From contig NC_068995.1 of assembly GCF_001194135.2 (NCBI RefSeq), forward strand, positions 32,656,122 through 32,720,121: a DNA stretch of 64,000 bases, read 5' to 3'. The position numbers were made by a program, and so were the translations under genes. Shown in pieces: positions 1-13,900 of this stretch; position 1 is the stretch's first letter; each line of letters starts with the position of its first letter. Source of the stretch: Octopus bimaculoides. Lineage: Eukaryota. The notes beneath the pieces were generated by a model, which made no database searches, was not told the DNA's origin, and saw only the letters and a list, made by a program, of their open reading frames with translations.

Positions 1-1101
1 AACAATATACAAAGAAAGAAAATTAAGATAGTCTTGGTTCAGAAAGAGGAACTTCATATTAGGTTGGATTTTTTGTTGTTGTTTTTTGGGAGTTTTTTAT
101 GCTGCTTTCACAGATTCCCATGACTCTCTGTTTCCATCCAATTCCATTATTATGAATCTGAATTGGGAGCTTGAGTCATAGTGAATCTTTCATCAGCTGA
201 TTACACAATCATGAACACTGCTCCTATGGATGCGTTGTAGTTACTCTCTTGATAGAGATTGGTAACCCTGACCATTCATCTTCTAGGATTCCCTCATTCA
301 GCATCAATGTAAGAAGCACCTTTGGCTCACTTGAGCTCTTCTGCTACCTCTTCACAATCTGTCATACTGCAGTCCCATGATTTTACCACATCTCTGGCAG
401 GGTGGTTGAATGGGTACTATACCTTGTCAAAGGCCAGCCCATAACTATATAGAGCATGGCCATCACTCTGTAAGGTATTTTCAAAATACCCACATACCCA
501 GACGTTAGTAAAAGAGAGTAACACAATTAGGTTAAAAATTTGGTATATGCAATTGAGGTAGTATTTAATTAACATAGCCATCTATGTATCATACACAATG
601 TATACACACTGCTGATAGACTAGTTGCTGCAACATTTATCCTGAAACATTGCTTATGAACTTGTATTAAAAGCACAATAAATACTAGAGTAGTGGCTATT
701 TACAAAATCAGTAAATGTTTACTCACTTCTTCCCATATCAGAGATGATGAATTTTTGTCCATTCATGTGACTGGCTGTGAGTACTCACCTTTGAAAAGGC
801 CCCAAAATGCAAATGCCTCTGGCACTCTTGCTGGTCACTAGTAGGATGAATTTTTGACTTTTTCTCATATTTAATGCAGTTTTAACACAGCAAGTCCATA
901 ACAGATGTTATCTTAGGACAAATCCTGCAGAAACTGACCTATCAACATTTAACTTAACTTTTCAACCATAAAGCAAACAGATGAGTACCCATGAGTTTAT
1001 AGGAAACAAATTCATTTTATATCTTTCTTTTGTAAAACAAAAAAAAATATGATTTCTAAGATAGGCACAACACTAGAAATTTTTGTGAGGTGTGCAGTTG
1101 G

Positions 1102-1323
1102 TTAACCCTTTAGCATTTAAACCAACCATATCTGGCCCAAGTATTCTACCTGTTTTATGCTCAAACCAGCCAGATCTGGTTTCTCACATCTACTCTACAG
1201 TGTTATTCTACAAATATAAAATCATATCATCAAAATTTCAAAGCTGGGATAATGCATGATTAATTCAAAAACAATGTAAATAAATAAGCATTACATTTGA
1301 CAGAGTAATCTGAATGCTAAAGA
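1102..1323. mobile_element. piggyBac-type TTAA MITE family A copy
   Basis: TTAACCCTTTAGCATT left end and CTGAATGCTAAAG right end; same ~215-bp body as the other copies. Confidence 0.75.
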
Positions 1324-1484
1324 ATAGAAATACAAAAATGCACTTTCCCCAATGCTCTAATGATGCTGCCAATCCTTAATGGTGGTGGGTAGTGGTGAAG
1401 GTGGTATGTAACCATTATAGAGTAATGAATTTGGAAAAGTTAAGCATGGACTATACACAGATTAGCTAAAATAAAATATCTTAC

Positions 1485-1534
1485 GTTTTCTGACCACCAG
1501 TTGATATCTATTAAATTCTTTGATGGCACAAGAT
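1485..1534 (-). CDS. NBAS: NBAS coding exon 12 (DLVPSKNLIDINWWSEN)
   Basis: 50 nt, CAG acceptor, GTAAGA donor; LIDINWW resembles LIDVNWW. Confidence 0.92.
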
Positions 1535-1603
1535 CTGAAAGCAAAATGAGGAGAGATTTATTGGTAAATATATATCCGACTAGTTTTATACATAACTATA
1601 TTA

Positions 1604-1647
<44 letters not shown>

Positions 1648-4600
1648 AATAAGAGGAATGACCAGCAAAAGTGGACTCCTATATGCTAGAAATAGATGCC
1701 GAATCATCTAACCACGAAGGATATGTTCTCAGTAAAATTTCAGCGAGACGACAGACCGTAAAAGGGCAAGACAAATGAAAAAATACTAAATAAAAAACGA
1801 TTAACCTACGTACCAATGGTTCAGCATCTATTTCTAGCATATAGGAGTCCACTTTTGCTGGTCATTCCTCTTATTTGTGTATGTAATATAATTTTAATCT
1901 TCGGATTTTTTTAATATGCTGGACCACTGGTTTTAATTGATTAATATCAATTTCTACTCTTATTATTAAATATATATATATGGTTACAGCAAGTTAGTGT
2001 AGTTAAAATATATTTAGTCTTACTATAAAACAATAATATCTTGTTGCAATTCAATCTAAAGCTGTGATTGCACACAAAAAAATTATGTTTATTCATAGTT
2101 TCTCCTAATGAAGAGTACTGGCTTGTGAGAGCCCTGTGCTGGTGCCATGTAAAAAACACTCATGCCAGAACCATGTGAACACACTTGTGTCAGTGCTATG
2201 TTAAAAGCACTCAGCACACACTGTAAAGTGGTTGGCATTAGGAAGGGCATCCAGCGACAGAAACTTAGCTAAATCAGACTGGAGCTCTTCTGCTTGCCAG
2301 CTCTGGTCAAGCCATCCAACGCATGCCAGCATAGAAAACGAATGTTAAAGGATGATGATGATGATAGCTCTACACTACATTCAATAAATTACATGATGGC
2401 TATATTTCTGCTTGATGAAGGAGACAAGAAACTCTTGGAACACATCATGGACTGCCATGATTTGCAGCAAAACAATAATAGTTTCAAATTTTGACACAAT
2501 GCTAGCAATTTTAGAGGAGGGGGTAAGTCAGTAACAGCAACCCCATTGCTCTATTGGTACTTATTTTATCAACCTCAAAAAGATGAAAGGCAAAGTCAAC
2601 CTCAGTGGAATTTGAAAGCAGAACATAAAGACAGATGAAATGCCACTAAGCATTTTGCCCAGCAAGCTAACCAGTCTGCCAGCTCACTGTCTTAAGCAGC
2701 AAAATTAAATATTGGTTTTAAATTTTGGCACAAAGCAAGCAATTTCAGGGGTGGGTAAGTTGATTACATCGACCCCAGTGTTCAACTGGTACTTACTTTG
2801 TTGACCCTGAAAGGATGAAAGACAAAGTCCACCTTGGCAGAATTTAAACTTGGAATGTAAAGACAGACAAAATGCTGCAATGCATTTTGCCCTGTATGCT
2901 GTCAATTCTGCCAGCTCGCTGCCTTAAGCAGCCAAGCACAATATTAGTATATTGATGTGTTTATCAGTGTTGTAGTCACAATGTTTCTATCAGTATTCTC
3001 TCTTTGAGTGACATTCCAGAGTTAGACAAATGATTCATCATTGTTTTAACAACCATTTTTCCATGCTTACACAGGTCAGGCAAAATACAATGTAGCAAAT
3101 TTTCTACAGTTGGATGCTCTTCCTGTCACCAACCTTCAACTGTTTCCAAGCAAGGTAACATTTCCCCATGGCCTGACTTTTTTCCATAGAAGACTGGAAA
3201 CAAAGAACCCACTTGTATAATGGTGATACTTATTTACAATTATCATGATGTCAAGACAAATACACACAAACATTCACACACATACATGCATGCATTTGAA
3301 CATACACACACATAGATATGCAATAGGTTTCTTTTTGGTTTCCATCTACCAAATCCACTCACAAGGCTGTGGTCGACCCAGAACTATAGTAGAAAACACT
3401 TGCCAAGATGTGACACAATAGGACTGAACGAAAAACAACATGGTCGGGAGGCAAACTTCTTAACCACACAGTCTCTAAAACAAGAACATTATTGTCCCTT
3501 AAGACAACAGGCCAGTAATTGGCCAGAACCATGGGGACTCAACCATGATACCTCTTATCAAAACTCAACAAACTATAAAATTCATATCTTTAAATACCAA
3601 ATGTTATTAATGGAAGACAAATTATGGAATAAAATATCAAAATTGATGAAAGGGGAATTAAATTAGTGAAATGTTAGAGTGATTGTAGCATTTCCTTCTT
3701 TGCTAATAAGTTATAAGTTTATATTACCTTCTAAGTGTTCAGAACTGTCTTTTAGACAGGCATTAAAGAAGAAAATAGATTCCATGGAAACTAGTGGATT
3801 GTAGTAACAAAAAACATAGTTAATAAAAGGTATTAACTTTAGATATGCCTAGTCAGTAGTACTCCATTAATTTTAAATGGTTAAGGAATAAAAATAGACA
3901 AAGGAAGAGAGACACAGAGCAAAAAATTAAGATGTGTTAAAAAAAGGGAACAAACAAAAGGAGATAGGAAGATTTATATCTTTGCATCATACTTGCCTTT
4001 CAAAAATTTCTTTTTGTAAGGATTCTCCAAAAATTCCTGACTGATATCATCATAACCGGGCTGTGAAAGAAATAAGATATTTACAAAAACATAATATGGA
4101 ATGGCAGAGTTCATTAAAATAATGTTACATGGCTTGTAACATTCAAAAACAAGCATGTCTTGTCATTCAGTTATTATAAAATGTAGTAGTTGTAGTTTAT
4201 TCAGAGTATCTAACAAGATACTTAAAGGCTACACACTTAGCATCTGATCGACAGTGATTGAGTAAACATTGATGAGAGGCATTCCAACCATGACCAGCCC
4301 ATCTTTTTGTATATCAGGGGTAGTGGCGACTCGTAGATAAAATTAGTGGAGTTGCTGCTTCAGAAAATTTTTAGCCATTGTTTTGATATTGAGTAAAAGG
4401 AAACAAACATAAAAAGAAAAATTTATACAAAAACTTGATCGATTCTCGTTTTAGCCACTGCCGAGTAGTGTGTTTAATTTGTTCACTGAACACTGCCACA
4501 AATTCCCCCTTGTTTTTCAAAAATCACCCCTAAAATCACAAAATAAGGGGGGGGGGGGGATCTGCCCTATTTTTCAAATCCTGGCAGCAACACTGTAGCT

Positions 4601-7268
4601 GGAAGTAGGATAATAATCTAATTCTACACTTTACCACATTCAAGAATATAAATACGTTTTTAAATACAACACACATGGAGTCAAAAAGAAACATTACCTT
4701 TGACCAGCACACCAAGGTCGGCACTGCGTGAAGCACAGTGCTCTCTCTCCCTAGCATGCAGCTTCCTATCTCAGACATGTGAGTATGTGCACAACAGCCA
4801 AACACCACTTCGCTGGAACTGTAAAGTGCACAGTCCTATACAAGGATATTTGCATATTTTTCATAAACTAGGGAATGGCTACTGACATTAAGCTTAAGAA
4901 TTATATAATGTACAAGTATAAAGAAAGAATTAAGGAAAAACAGACTCATTATATTGAATGCTATCAATAATATCGAGTAGAAATAGGGGGTGCTGCAGTT
5001 GTGCAGTGTCTATACACAAGCCACTACTGATCAGGGGTTATATGGCCCAATGTATCCTTGTTACTTAAGAGGGAAGGATATGAAACAAGGAAGAGTATTT
5101 TGCTATTTTCAGCAGACCAAGCAACTGCTTAGAGGCTCTTTTTATTAGCTCACACTCATAGTATTGTTGCTTATATTTCTCATATATTCATTTAAGAAGT
5201 GATTAATTTCTCCCAACCTGAAGATGAAGAAAATCTGGAATGCCTGTAGTTGCTATTTTCCTCACTCTTTAAACCTGTAATACCCAACTATAGTCATTAG
5301 GTTACAGAGAGACAAGTTTGGTCTTCAGTGATAATTCAACAACTCATTAACAGTTTCACCAGTAATTGTCAATGACANNNNNNNNNNNNNNNNNNNNNNN
5401 NNNNNNNNNNNNNNNNNNNNNNNNNNNNNNNNNNNNNNNNNNNNNNNNNNNNNNNNNNNNNNNNNNNNNNNNNNNNNNNNNNNNNTATATATAATTAAAA
5501 TCTATTCACAGAGATATTTTCAGATGAAACGGAATGCTAACATAATTACCTGATCTTCATGTAACCAAGATTTTCTTTTGCGCAAGGATGGAACATCCCA
5601 AAGAACGAGTTCTCCAGAATAATGTAAAGTCACCAGTTGTTTGGTATCAGGAGACAGGCACATCTTGAAAATACTATCCTAGATTCAAAGAATAAAAAAA
5701 TAATCTAAATCTAAATTTCCAGCTCATCAACAACAAATTGAAATGAACATAAAAAACACTGTATTGCTCTGAAGAGATACCATCAAGTAAACATTCCAAC
5801 CATATTAAGTATTGTGTATAACCCTTTAGCATTCAAATTACTTTGCCAAATGTAATGCTTACTTATTCACCTTGTTTTAAATCTATCATTGTGGAGGCGC
5901 AATGGCCCAGTGGTTAGGGCAGCGGACTCTTGGTCATAGGATCGTGGTTTCGATTCCCAGACCGGGCGTTGTGAGAGTTTATTGAGCGAAAACACCTAAA
6001 GCTCCACGAGGCTCCAGCAGGGGATGGTGGCGAACCCTGCTGTACTCATTCACCACAACTTTCTCTCACTCTTTCTTCCGGTTTCTGTTGTACCTGTAAT
6101 TCAAAGGGTCAGCCTTGTCACACTGTGTCACACTGAATATCCCTGAGAATTACGTTAAGGGTACACGTGTCTGTGGAGTGCTCAGCCACTTTGCACGTTA
6201 ATTTCACGAGCAGGCTGTTCTGTTGATCGGATCAACTGGAATCCTCGACGTCGTAAGCGACGGAGTGCCAACAAGACAAATCTATCATTCATTATCTTGT
6301 AGCTTCAAGATATTAATGATGTGATTGTTTGTTTTTAAAATGTCATTGTAAGGTAAATGTGAGAATCTAAATCTGTCTGGTCTGAACATGAAACAGGTAG
6401 AATATTCAGGCTGGATATGGCTGGTTTAAATGCTATAGGGTTAACACACACATACTCACATACACAAAAGTTACCTTTGCAAAGGATACATTTTAACAAT
6501 GACAATTTTTTTTTGTAATCAGAGATATAAAATTATGAGTGATCAGCACCATTGATTTCTTCCCAGAAACTCTAACACCCAATTCTAACGAATGATTTGA
6601 ACAATGCAGAATAAGTGTTCTACCCATCAATGAGATAAAATGTGTACAAAAAACTTGAATCCCTAAGCCATAGGTAATTCAATACTTTATCCACTCAGCT
6701 GTTTTGTTTCTATAATAAACACAAGTAAATAAAAACAAACTATACCTTGCTATTTTTCCATGATAATTTTGGTAACAGAAATAATTTCTTGAGGAAACTT
6801 TTTGGTTTACTCTGCAACAAAAATTATAAAAACTAATAACCACATAGTTAGGAACTTTTAATTATCAGAAATTAGATCCTGTAATTTCTAAATATATTGT
6901 AAATTTCTAACATAAATGTTGTTATTGTTTTTTGTTGTTTTCAATCACTTAATTCCTGGATGTCTTGCCAGTTTCATTATCTCTCACTAAAGGCAACTAG
7001 TGTTTCTGTCAATTGCAGTAGTGAGTTGTACCTTTTTTTTTTTTTAACTTGCTGAGTCTGAAAGAAAGGGCGGTGTCCATGTTTTCTGAGACTATTGAGA
7101 CTGATGTCATTGATGTTCCACTTTATATTTTGCAACTCAATACTTGTAGGAAAGACATGACCAGGGAAAGAGTTCCAGAGGGCTAGTCAACTAGAAAAGA
7201 AGGACTAGGTGCAGTTGTTAACATAGGATCTAGATTGGATATAACATGTAGAGGCCAAGCAGTAGGAA

Positions 7269-7304
<36 letters not shown>

Positions 7305-7856
7305 AGACATCACATCTATGGGTCAAGCTGAAGTGACTTTATACAAAAAAAGTCATGTGGCTTTTGATGTCTATACGTGCAGCTGCTGCACCATCCTAGA
7401 TGCAGGTTTCTCCTGAGCTTTTTTTGAGATTCAGTCATAACTATGTTAAAGAATGCTTTCTCAGGTAAGATCCTCAGTAACAGCGACAACCAACATTTAG
7501 AGCAACCATGAAGGCTTTAGCTACATGCTACTAGATAATATATACTAGGTTGTAATCTGTCACTATGCTGCTGGTAAAAATATTGGTTAATCATGCATGT
7601 ACCTTCTTAAATTGTTCAAGGTGAAAATTTGTTTTTCAAGACTGTGTTGCATTATCAATATATTGAAAGACACAGACAACCCCCCAAAAATGACTATATA
7701 CATATATTTTATATATATATATATATATATAGCCTTGTTTTGAAGTCTGTGTTGTGATGTGCTGACAGACTTGCACTCAAAATTCTCATGTTTTAAATCA
7801 GAAATTGTTAGTTACTATAGTGACAACACTAACTATCTATCTATCACACACACACA

Positions 7857-7913
<57 letters not shown>

Positions 7914-10900
7914 ACTGTATTTCAATCTCAACAACCACCTTTTCTTTTCCTCTTCTAAAAATATGTATATTTTGATTCCGCCCTTTCTCTCCTTCCCTCT
8001 CATAGATGTTGCAAACAGATGGTGATCCACTTCCCTTTTATAATATAAGATCAACAGCATAATCAACTGGGCTCTGTAAAGTTAAGTATATCAGCTTTGG
8101 ACACAGCATAAGGTCGGCAGCTACTGAGGGATGATATTATCAGTCAATTCTTCAGACTGAAATCCCAAACTATCAATTCAGTCAACTAACTACACCACAA
8201 CTGAAGCCTAAATTACAGCATAAAACAAAATGAGGTAAGTGTATTACAAATACAGGTTGTCAAATGAAAGTGTGTCCATCATAAAGTTTAATGAAATTTA
8301 TGGAATCTAAAATTATTCAAATGAAGAAGAAAAATATTTTTGTTATATTCTTTGATAAATATATTTTAATTTCAAAGAAAATTTCTATAACGTTAGTTCT
8401 TGAAATTTCAAGGCAAACTAAATAACTGAAATAAAGGAGAAAGAGAGAAAAAGAACTTACCTTATGTAAGTCTTGCTCATAGTCAGTGACTAGTTTGTAA
8501 TGTGGAGAATCTGAGAGAATACGCCATAAACTAAGACCATATTGTTCTGCTTGAGACATGCTGTCATCTAAGCCAGCAGCCACAGGAGCATGACTGCCAA
8601 CAATAAGTGCACTGTGTTGTGGAAGATAAACCAACCCTGTAACACCCTGAGGATGTTCACTGGTCAGCATAAAAGTGTGTAGTAATCGGTAAGTGCTGTT
8701 ACGGTCAACAAGATATTTACTTAACTTTCCCAAGTAGTTTACAACTAGTAGATGTGCAGATCTGAGAAGAAAAGAAACAAGAAGAAATAATGCAATATCA
8801 ATAATTATTCATTCTCATTAACTATTCCATAAAAAAAAACTAAGTTTCATTTCTTGGTACTAAGGGGGAAATTCACATAACAAGTAATTATTTACAGTAA
8901 TTAGCTATCTTCGAGGGCAATCAAAGAATTATCCACACTTTTGTGAACATTTTTTTTAGATTGCCCCACTGTCTTCAGCACTCACATGCTAAAAGGTGAT
9001 ACTCTTGTGGTTGTGTAACCAAAGTTTGACCTTGATCTCCCCAGTTTCTTTCTTGCATTACAAAGTAAACATGGCCACTCCACTAGCAGTGTGCACCAAG
9101 GAAGAACAGAGATCAGTGATCCAATCTCTCTGGTCTAAAGATGTGTCAGAGGCTAAAATTCATTGACTTTCAATACAATACGGGACAGCATTCTGCCACA
9201 TAAAAGTGTGTATGAGAGGACTGAAAAGTTTAAAAACGAGTGGACAAGAGTGAAGCACAAAGAGGAAGAACGACGCTCATCAACCTCTACCACTGACAGG
9301 AAGATTCAACAAGTTCAAGAGATGGCTTTGGTGAACTGATTAGCCATTGATGAGGTGGCATGTTCTCTGTAAATTAGTTGTGGTCTTGCAAATAAAATCA
9401 TCCACAACAGACTTCACTTCCATAAAGTCTGTGTGAGATAGCTACCAAGACATTTTACTGAAGCACATAAGAGCAATCATGCAGGAATCTGTCGACACTG
9501 ATGCAACCGCTTCAGTGATGAAGGCAAAGCTTTTTGGGGGAGAACAGTCACAGGAGATGATACTTTTGAGCTAGGATCCAACAGGCAGAGTACTGAGTGG
9601 AAACACCTGGAATTGCCAGCAAAAAAGATGATCAAGACTCAACATTTCACAAAAAAATATGATGCTGTTTTTTTTTGAGATGCAAAAAGCCTATACTGGA
9701 AAAGGGGCCTACAGTCACCAGTGTAGGTTACAGTGAAATACTGGCCAACAAAATGAAACCAGCAATTTGCATCAAATGCTAAGGTCTATTGTCAAATCAA
9801 GTGTTACTGCTGTACAACAATACATGCCCACACTGTGGAAAACATTGAAAAACTGGGTTTTGAGTTGCTGAAACATACTGCATACAGTCCAGATCTTACC
9901 CCTTCTGACTATCACTTCTTGGTATTGCTTAAACATCTTTTACAAGGCTGTTGATTTACTATGAAGAAGCGCAGGATGTGGTGTATAAATGGCCGTGTGA
10001 CCAGTTGAAAACCTTCTTCTCCAATGGAATAAGCAAACTTGTAGACCACTGGAAGAAGTGCATCAAAATGTAAGGAGACTATGTTGAAAACTGATGTAAC
10101 GGTTCAATGCCCGCTTTTGTTTTAGTAAATTACAGAAACAAGAGTGCCTGTAATTTTTGACTTACCCTCATAAAGTGAGCACTAGCATACTTGATATTGT
10201 GTGTGGTTAAGAACTGGTTTGCAATGACATAGTTTTGGGTTCAGTCCTGTTGCATGGCACTTTGTATGCTGCACAATGGAAGCAAATAATGCCTTATGAG
10301 GGAATTTGGCAGATGGAAACAGCAGGAAACTCATTGTATGTATGTGCGTGTTTGTGTGGGTGCATGACTGTTCATTTCCATGTTTCACCATTTAACTCAG
10401 GGGTCTCAACCAATTTTTTTACCTATGGACCCCTTTGATCCCTATTTTACTCTGGTGGAACCCCATAGCCACTCAATGCTAAAAAAATCTTATTGTATTT
10501 TTATGATTAAATATTATTAGGACTTGTATAAAAATTGTTAAAATATTTTGTGTATTGTAGAAGTATAACCAATTTATTGCACATAAACTTTACTGTTCTG
10601 AAGCACAATTTTTTTGATGGCCCTTGAAAAATTACCATGGACCTCCAATTCACTATATTGCATCTGTGGACCCAAAAATATCTTATATGAATCTTGGGGT
10701 CAATATGGACCCCAGTTGAGAACCCTTGAACTGAAGTGTTGGTGATGTTGACATTACAACCAGTTGCACTACCCTTTCAAAGACCTGTAGGACTAAGACA
10801 TCTCTCGCTTGGGAAAAACAGGCAAGAGTAGACAACAAGATAAGCATCTGACTCATTCTGTTGCCAAATCCTGCCTCAAATAACTTCCCAGCCAACCCCA

Positions 10901-13900
10901 TGCTACCATGATATTATATGAAACAAATGATATTATATGAAACATTCTTTTGAGATAGTTTCTCTAACGAAATTTAAAATCTGACTCAACATACCCATCT
11001 TTCACTTTGGTGTTCTCTAAAAACACAAGTCCTGCAATACTATGTGTCAAATCTGTAGGAACTCCAACATTACTGGAAGATGTTTCAGTAGCCTGTGTGA
11101 AATCAGAGGTCAATGCATTGAATATATATTAAACAGATATGCATGTGTTTTGTTTTGATTTACTGAAAAAAGTTGAGAGCATAACCAACTAAAAGTATGA
11201 AAATTTTAACTAGGAGGTTGAAAATTATATAATAAACTCTACTGTGCATGTGTGTGTTTGTGCATGCGCGCACGCGCACACACACACAGAAGTGGAGGTG
11301 ATGACAGAGAGAAAACTAAGGTGAGAGGATGAAATGAAACCAAGTACAAGTATGATTGGAGAAACAGAGTATTAGGAGTGGGTGGGTAGGTGGTAGAGAT
11401 GGGAGTCATGGAAGTGAGACAATGAAAGGCAGCTACATCTAGGTTGTTAAATAAATTAAATAGAAAAAAAGGAATGAGCTGTGTGGTGGGGGAAGATGCA
11501 GTTTAAGAAGGATATGGAATGATGAAAGAGATGTTAATGGAATTGAGAAATAAATGTATAATAATTTTCAGAAAAAAACTAAACAAAAATAGCCTAGCTA
11601 ATGTTTCCTTAATGAAAACATTCAAATTATTTTACAAAAATGGTATTAACTGCTGAAAATGGAACAGTCACATGTAAAAATTGAAACAGGTGTTAGCATT
11701 TAGTAAAGAATTATAAAACTGGTAAGATCAAATTATAAGGAAAATATTTCACAGATACACAAAAGAAATAGAAAATAAATAATATGAAATCAGTAAAACT
11801 TACAGACGGGATACTAAACAAAGGATTTCCACACATATCGAATATTTCAATAATGCCTTTACTGTGAGAAATGGCAAGCAATGCACCATCACTACTCCAA
11901 GCAATCTGGCGCCACTGAGGACAAGTGTCAGGCATGACACAAGATCTTCCAATTATATTGTTGTAATCATCATGAGAAGATCTACAAATAATTTTTCAGA
12001 ACAGACTCATTAGTGAAATACATAAACCTATATTTATTTTACATTTTAAGTTTGGCATTATGAAGGCCATTGGATTTTCATTGTTATTTTACCCACTATT
12101 ATTCAAAATATTACTATACTATGCTTATACAGAATCTATTTTCTTCTCACTCTCTTCCCAAATTTTAAATGTTAGAAACAAAGACCTCTAGCTGGTCCAG
12201 CAAACAATCTCACTTATTAACAGCTTTATTATCATCTGTTGTTTATTGTAGTCTAAATTACCCACTCATTGCCTGTTGTTTGACCGCATCTCATGTTACA
12301 TGCAAACTTCATCTTCAACTCTCCTCCTCCTCTCAGAAAATTTCACCACCCACGACTTGTTTGCTTTTCCCAATCAACCTATACATCTCAGTCAACAGTT
12401 ATTAGTATATTAACCAATCTCAACATCTTACATTGACAAATCACCTCTCTGACTTTATACCCCAGCCTAATCCAACAACACTCCAAACATTATATTTGTT
12501 AAACCAATGAAGGAGTTTCTATGTAGTCACTTGACTTGCAATAAACAGCAGCAAAATCTCGCTCAAATCGTGCCCTACTGTGAAACAGATCAGCCAATAT
12601 AGACCAATACACACTTGTGTCCGATATAAAAGAAGGAACATCATTTATGGGACCAGAAGACAGAATGGTCATATGTGGAATGCCTTTGATGATAGGTCTC
12701 TTTGATCAGAGCTGGCTAAACAACAACAAAAACATTATATTCTTCTCATCTAAATTCAACCTGCTCTCATAAAATCAATTCAACACTGCCTCATCACTAC
12801 ATATCAGATGCCAGAAGACAGAGGCATGTGGCACATTGCTGGGCTTGAGAAGACCCACCCACCACAACAGAATTCAGATCCTAAAACAAAGGTGCCATGT
12901 AAAATGTACTGGTGTGGGTGCTAGTTCCACATAAAAAGCACTGATGCTGGCACAACTTAAAAAGTACCTGTGATGGTGCCATATAAAAAGCACCCAGTAC
13001 ACTCTGTGGAGTGGTTAGAGTTAAGAAGGACAGCAAGCCATAGAAATCAAGCCAAAACAAACTATGGAACCTGGTGGGTGCAGCCCCTGGCTTCACGAGT
13101 TCCTGTCAAGCCATCCAACCCACTAACATGAAAAACAGACGTTAAATGATGATGATGACGATACAAAAATGTATTTTTTCCAAACAAAACTGCTCATTCC
13201 CTAAGCACTTTGCTTCCCATTCCACACTGCACCCAAATACGAAATCTCAACATCACCATCCCTCTTTCCACTCTCCTTTTCAGCATGTATCAGAAAGTAC
13301 TCATCCCAACTGATTGATATACATTCATCCCTGCCATATAAAGCTATAAAGAAAAAGCTCCAGGTTTTAAATTGAACTTTCAATCATCAAAAGATAAAAT
13401 ATGCACTATATATCAAACAATTAGCTTGATTTCCTACAGAAGTCAGAATGCAAACTCACCTTATTTCTACAAACTGGTCTTGTAATATGGCAACTAACTG
13501 ACCAAATCTGCAAAAAGAAATAAGCAAAATTTCACGTTATGTACACAATACGTTACAGACCCACAAGGGGAAATAACTCCTAATGCAGTCAATTAGAATG
13601 TTGTCAATATTGTTAAAGAGCAAAATTGGTTAATCTTTAGATTTAAACAAGATATTTAATACCTCAAAAAATTATAATATAAAAAAAGTTGTAACTATAA
13701 CGGAAACAGTTCAGGTGTAGAAAAACAAAAAAAAAAAGACATACATACATATACCATAAAAATCCATGTAATTTGCGCACCTGTGTAATTTATGCAGGTG
13801 ATTTTCAGGATAAAAATTGTTAAAAAAGCTTCTACTCATGTAAAATTCACACCCAAAAGTTTTCAGAATTACCGATATGGCCAGGAAAAAAAGGTTTGCA

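Noticed and set aside
720-960. Segment with GTGAGT donor-like sites considered as the next NBAS exon
   Set aside because: No frame gives the expected ARCSG/SCEWFE-like motifs; the next exon probably lies left of the window
3991-3993. Canonical GT donor (GTATGA) for NBAS exon 11
   Set aside because: It gives a 68-nt exon, which puts exon 12 out of the LIDINWW frame
4320-4600. Possible MITE(s) with AGTGGC / CAGTGTT termini
   Set aside because: Inverted matches are too short and no TSD was found
8317-8733. 138-aa ORF as a standalone gene
   Set aside because: It is NBAS exon 8 read from a TTG and running into the intron; likewise 11711-11935, 28497-28733, 42480-42671, 55984-56196 and 57509-57853 are exon-plus-intron read-throughs
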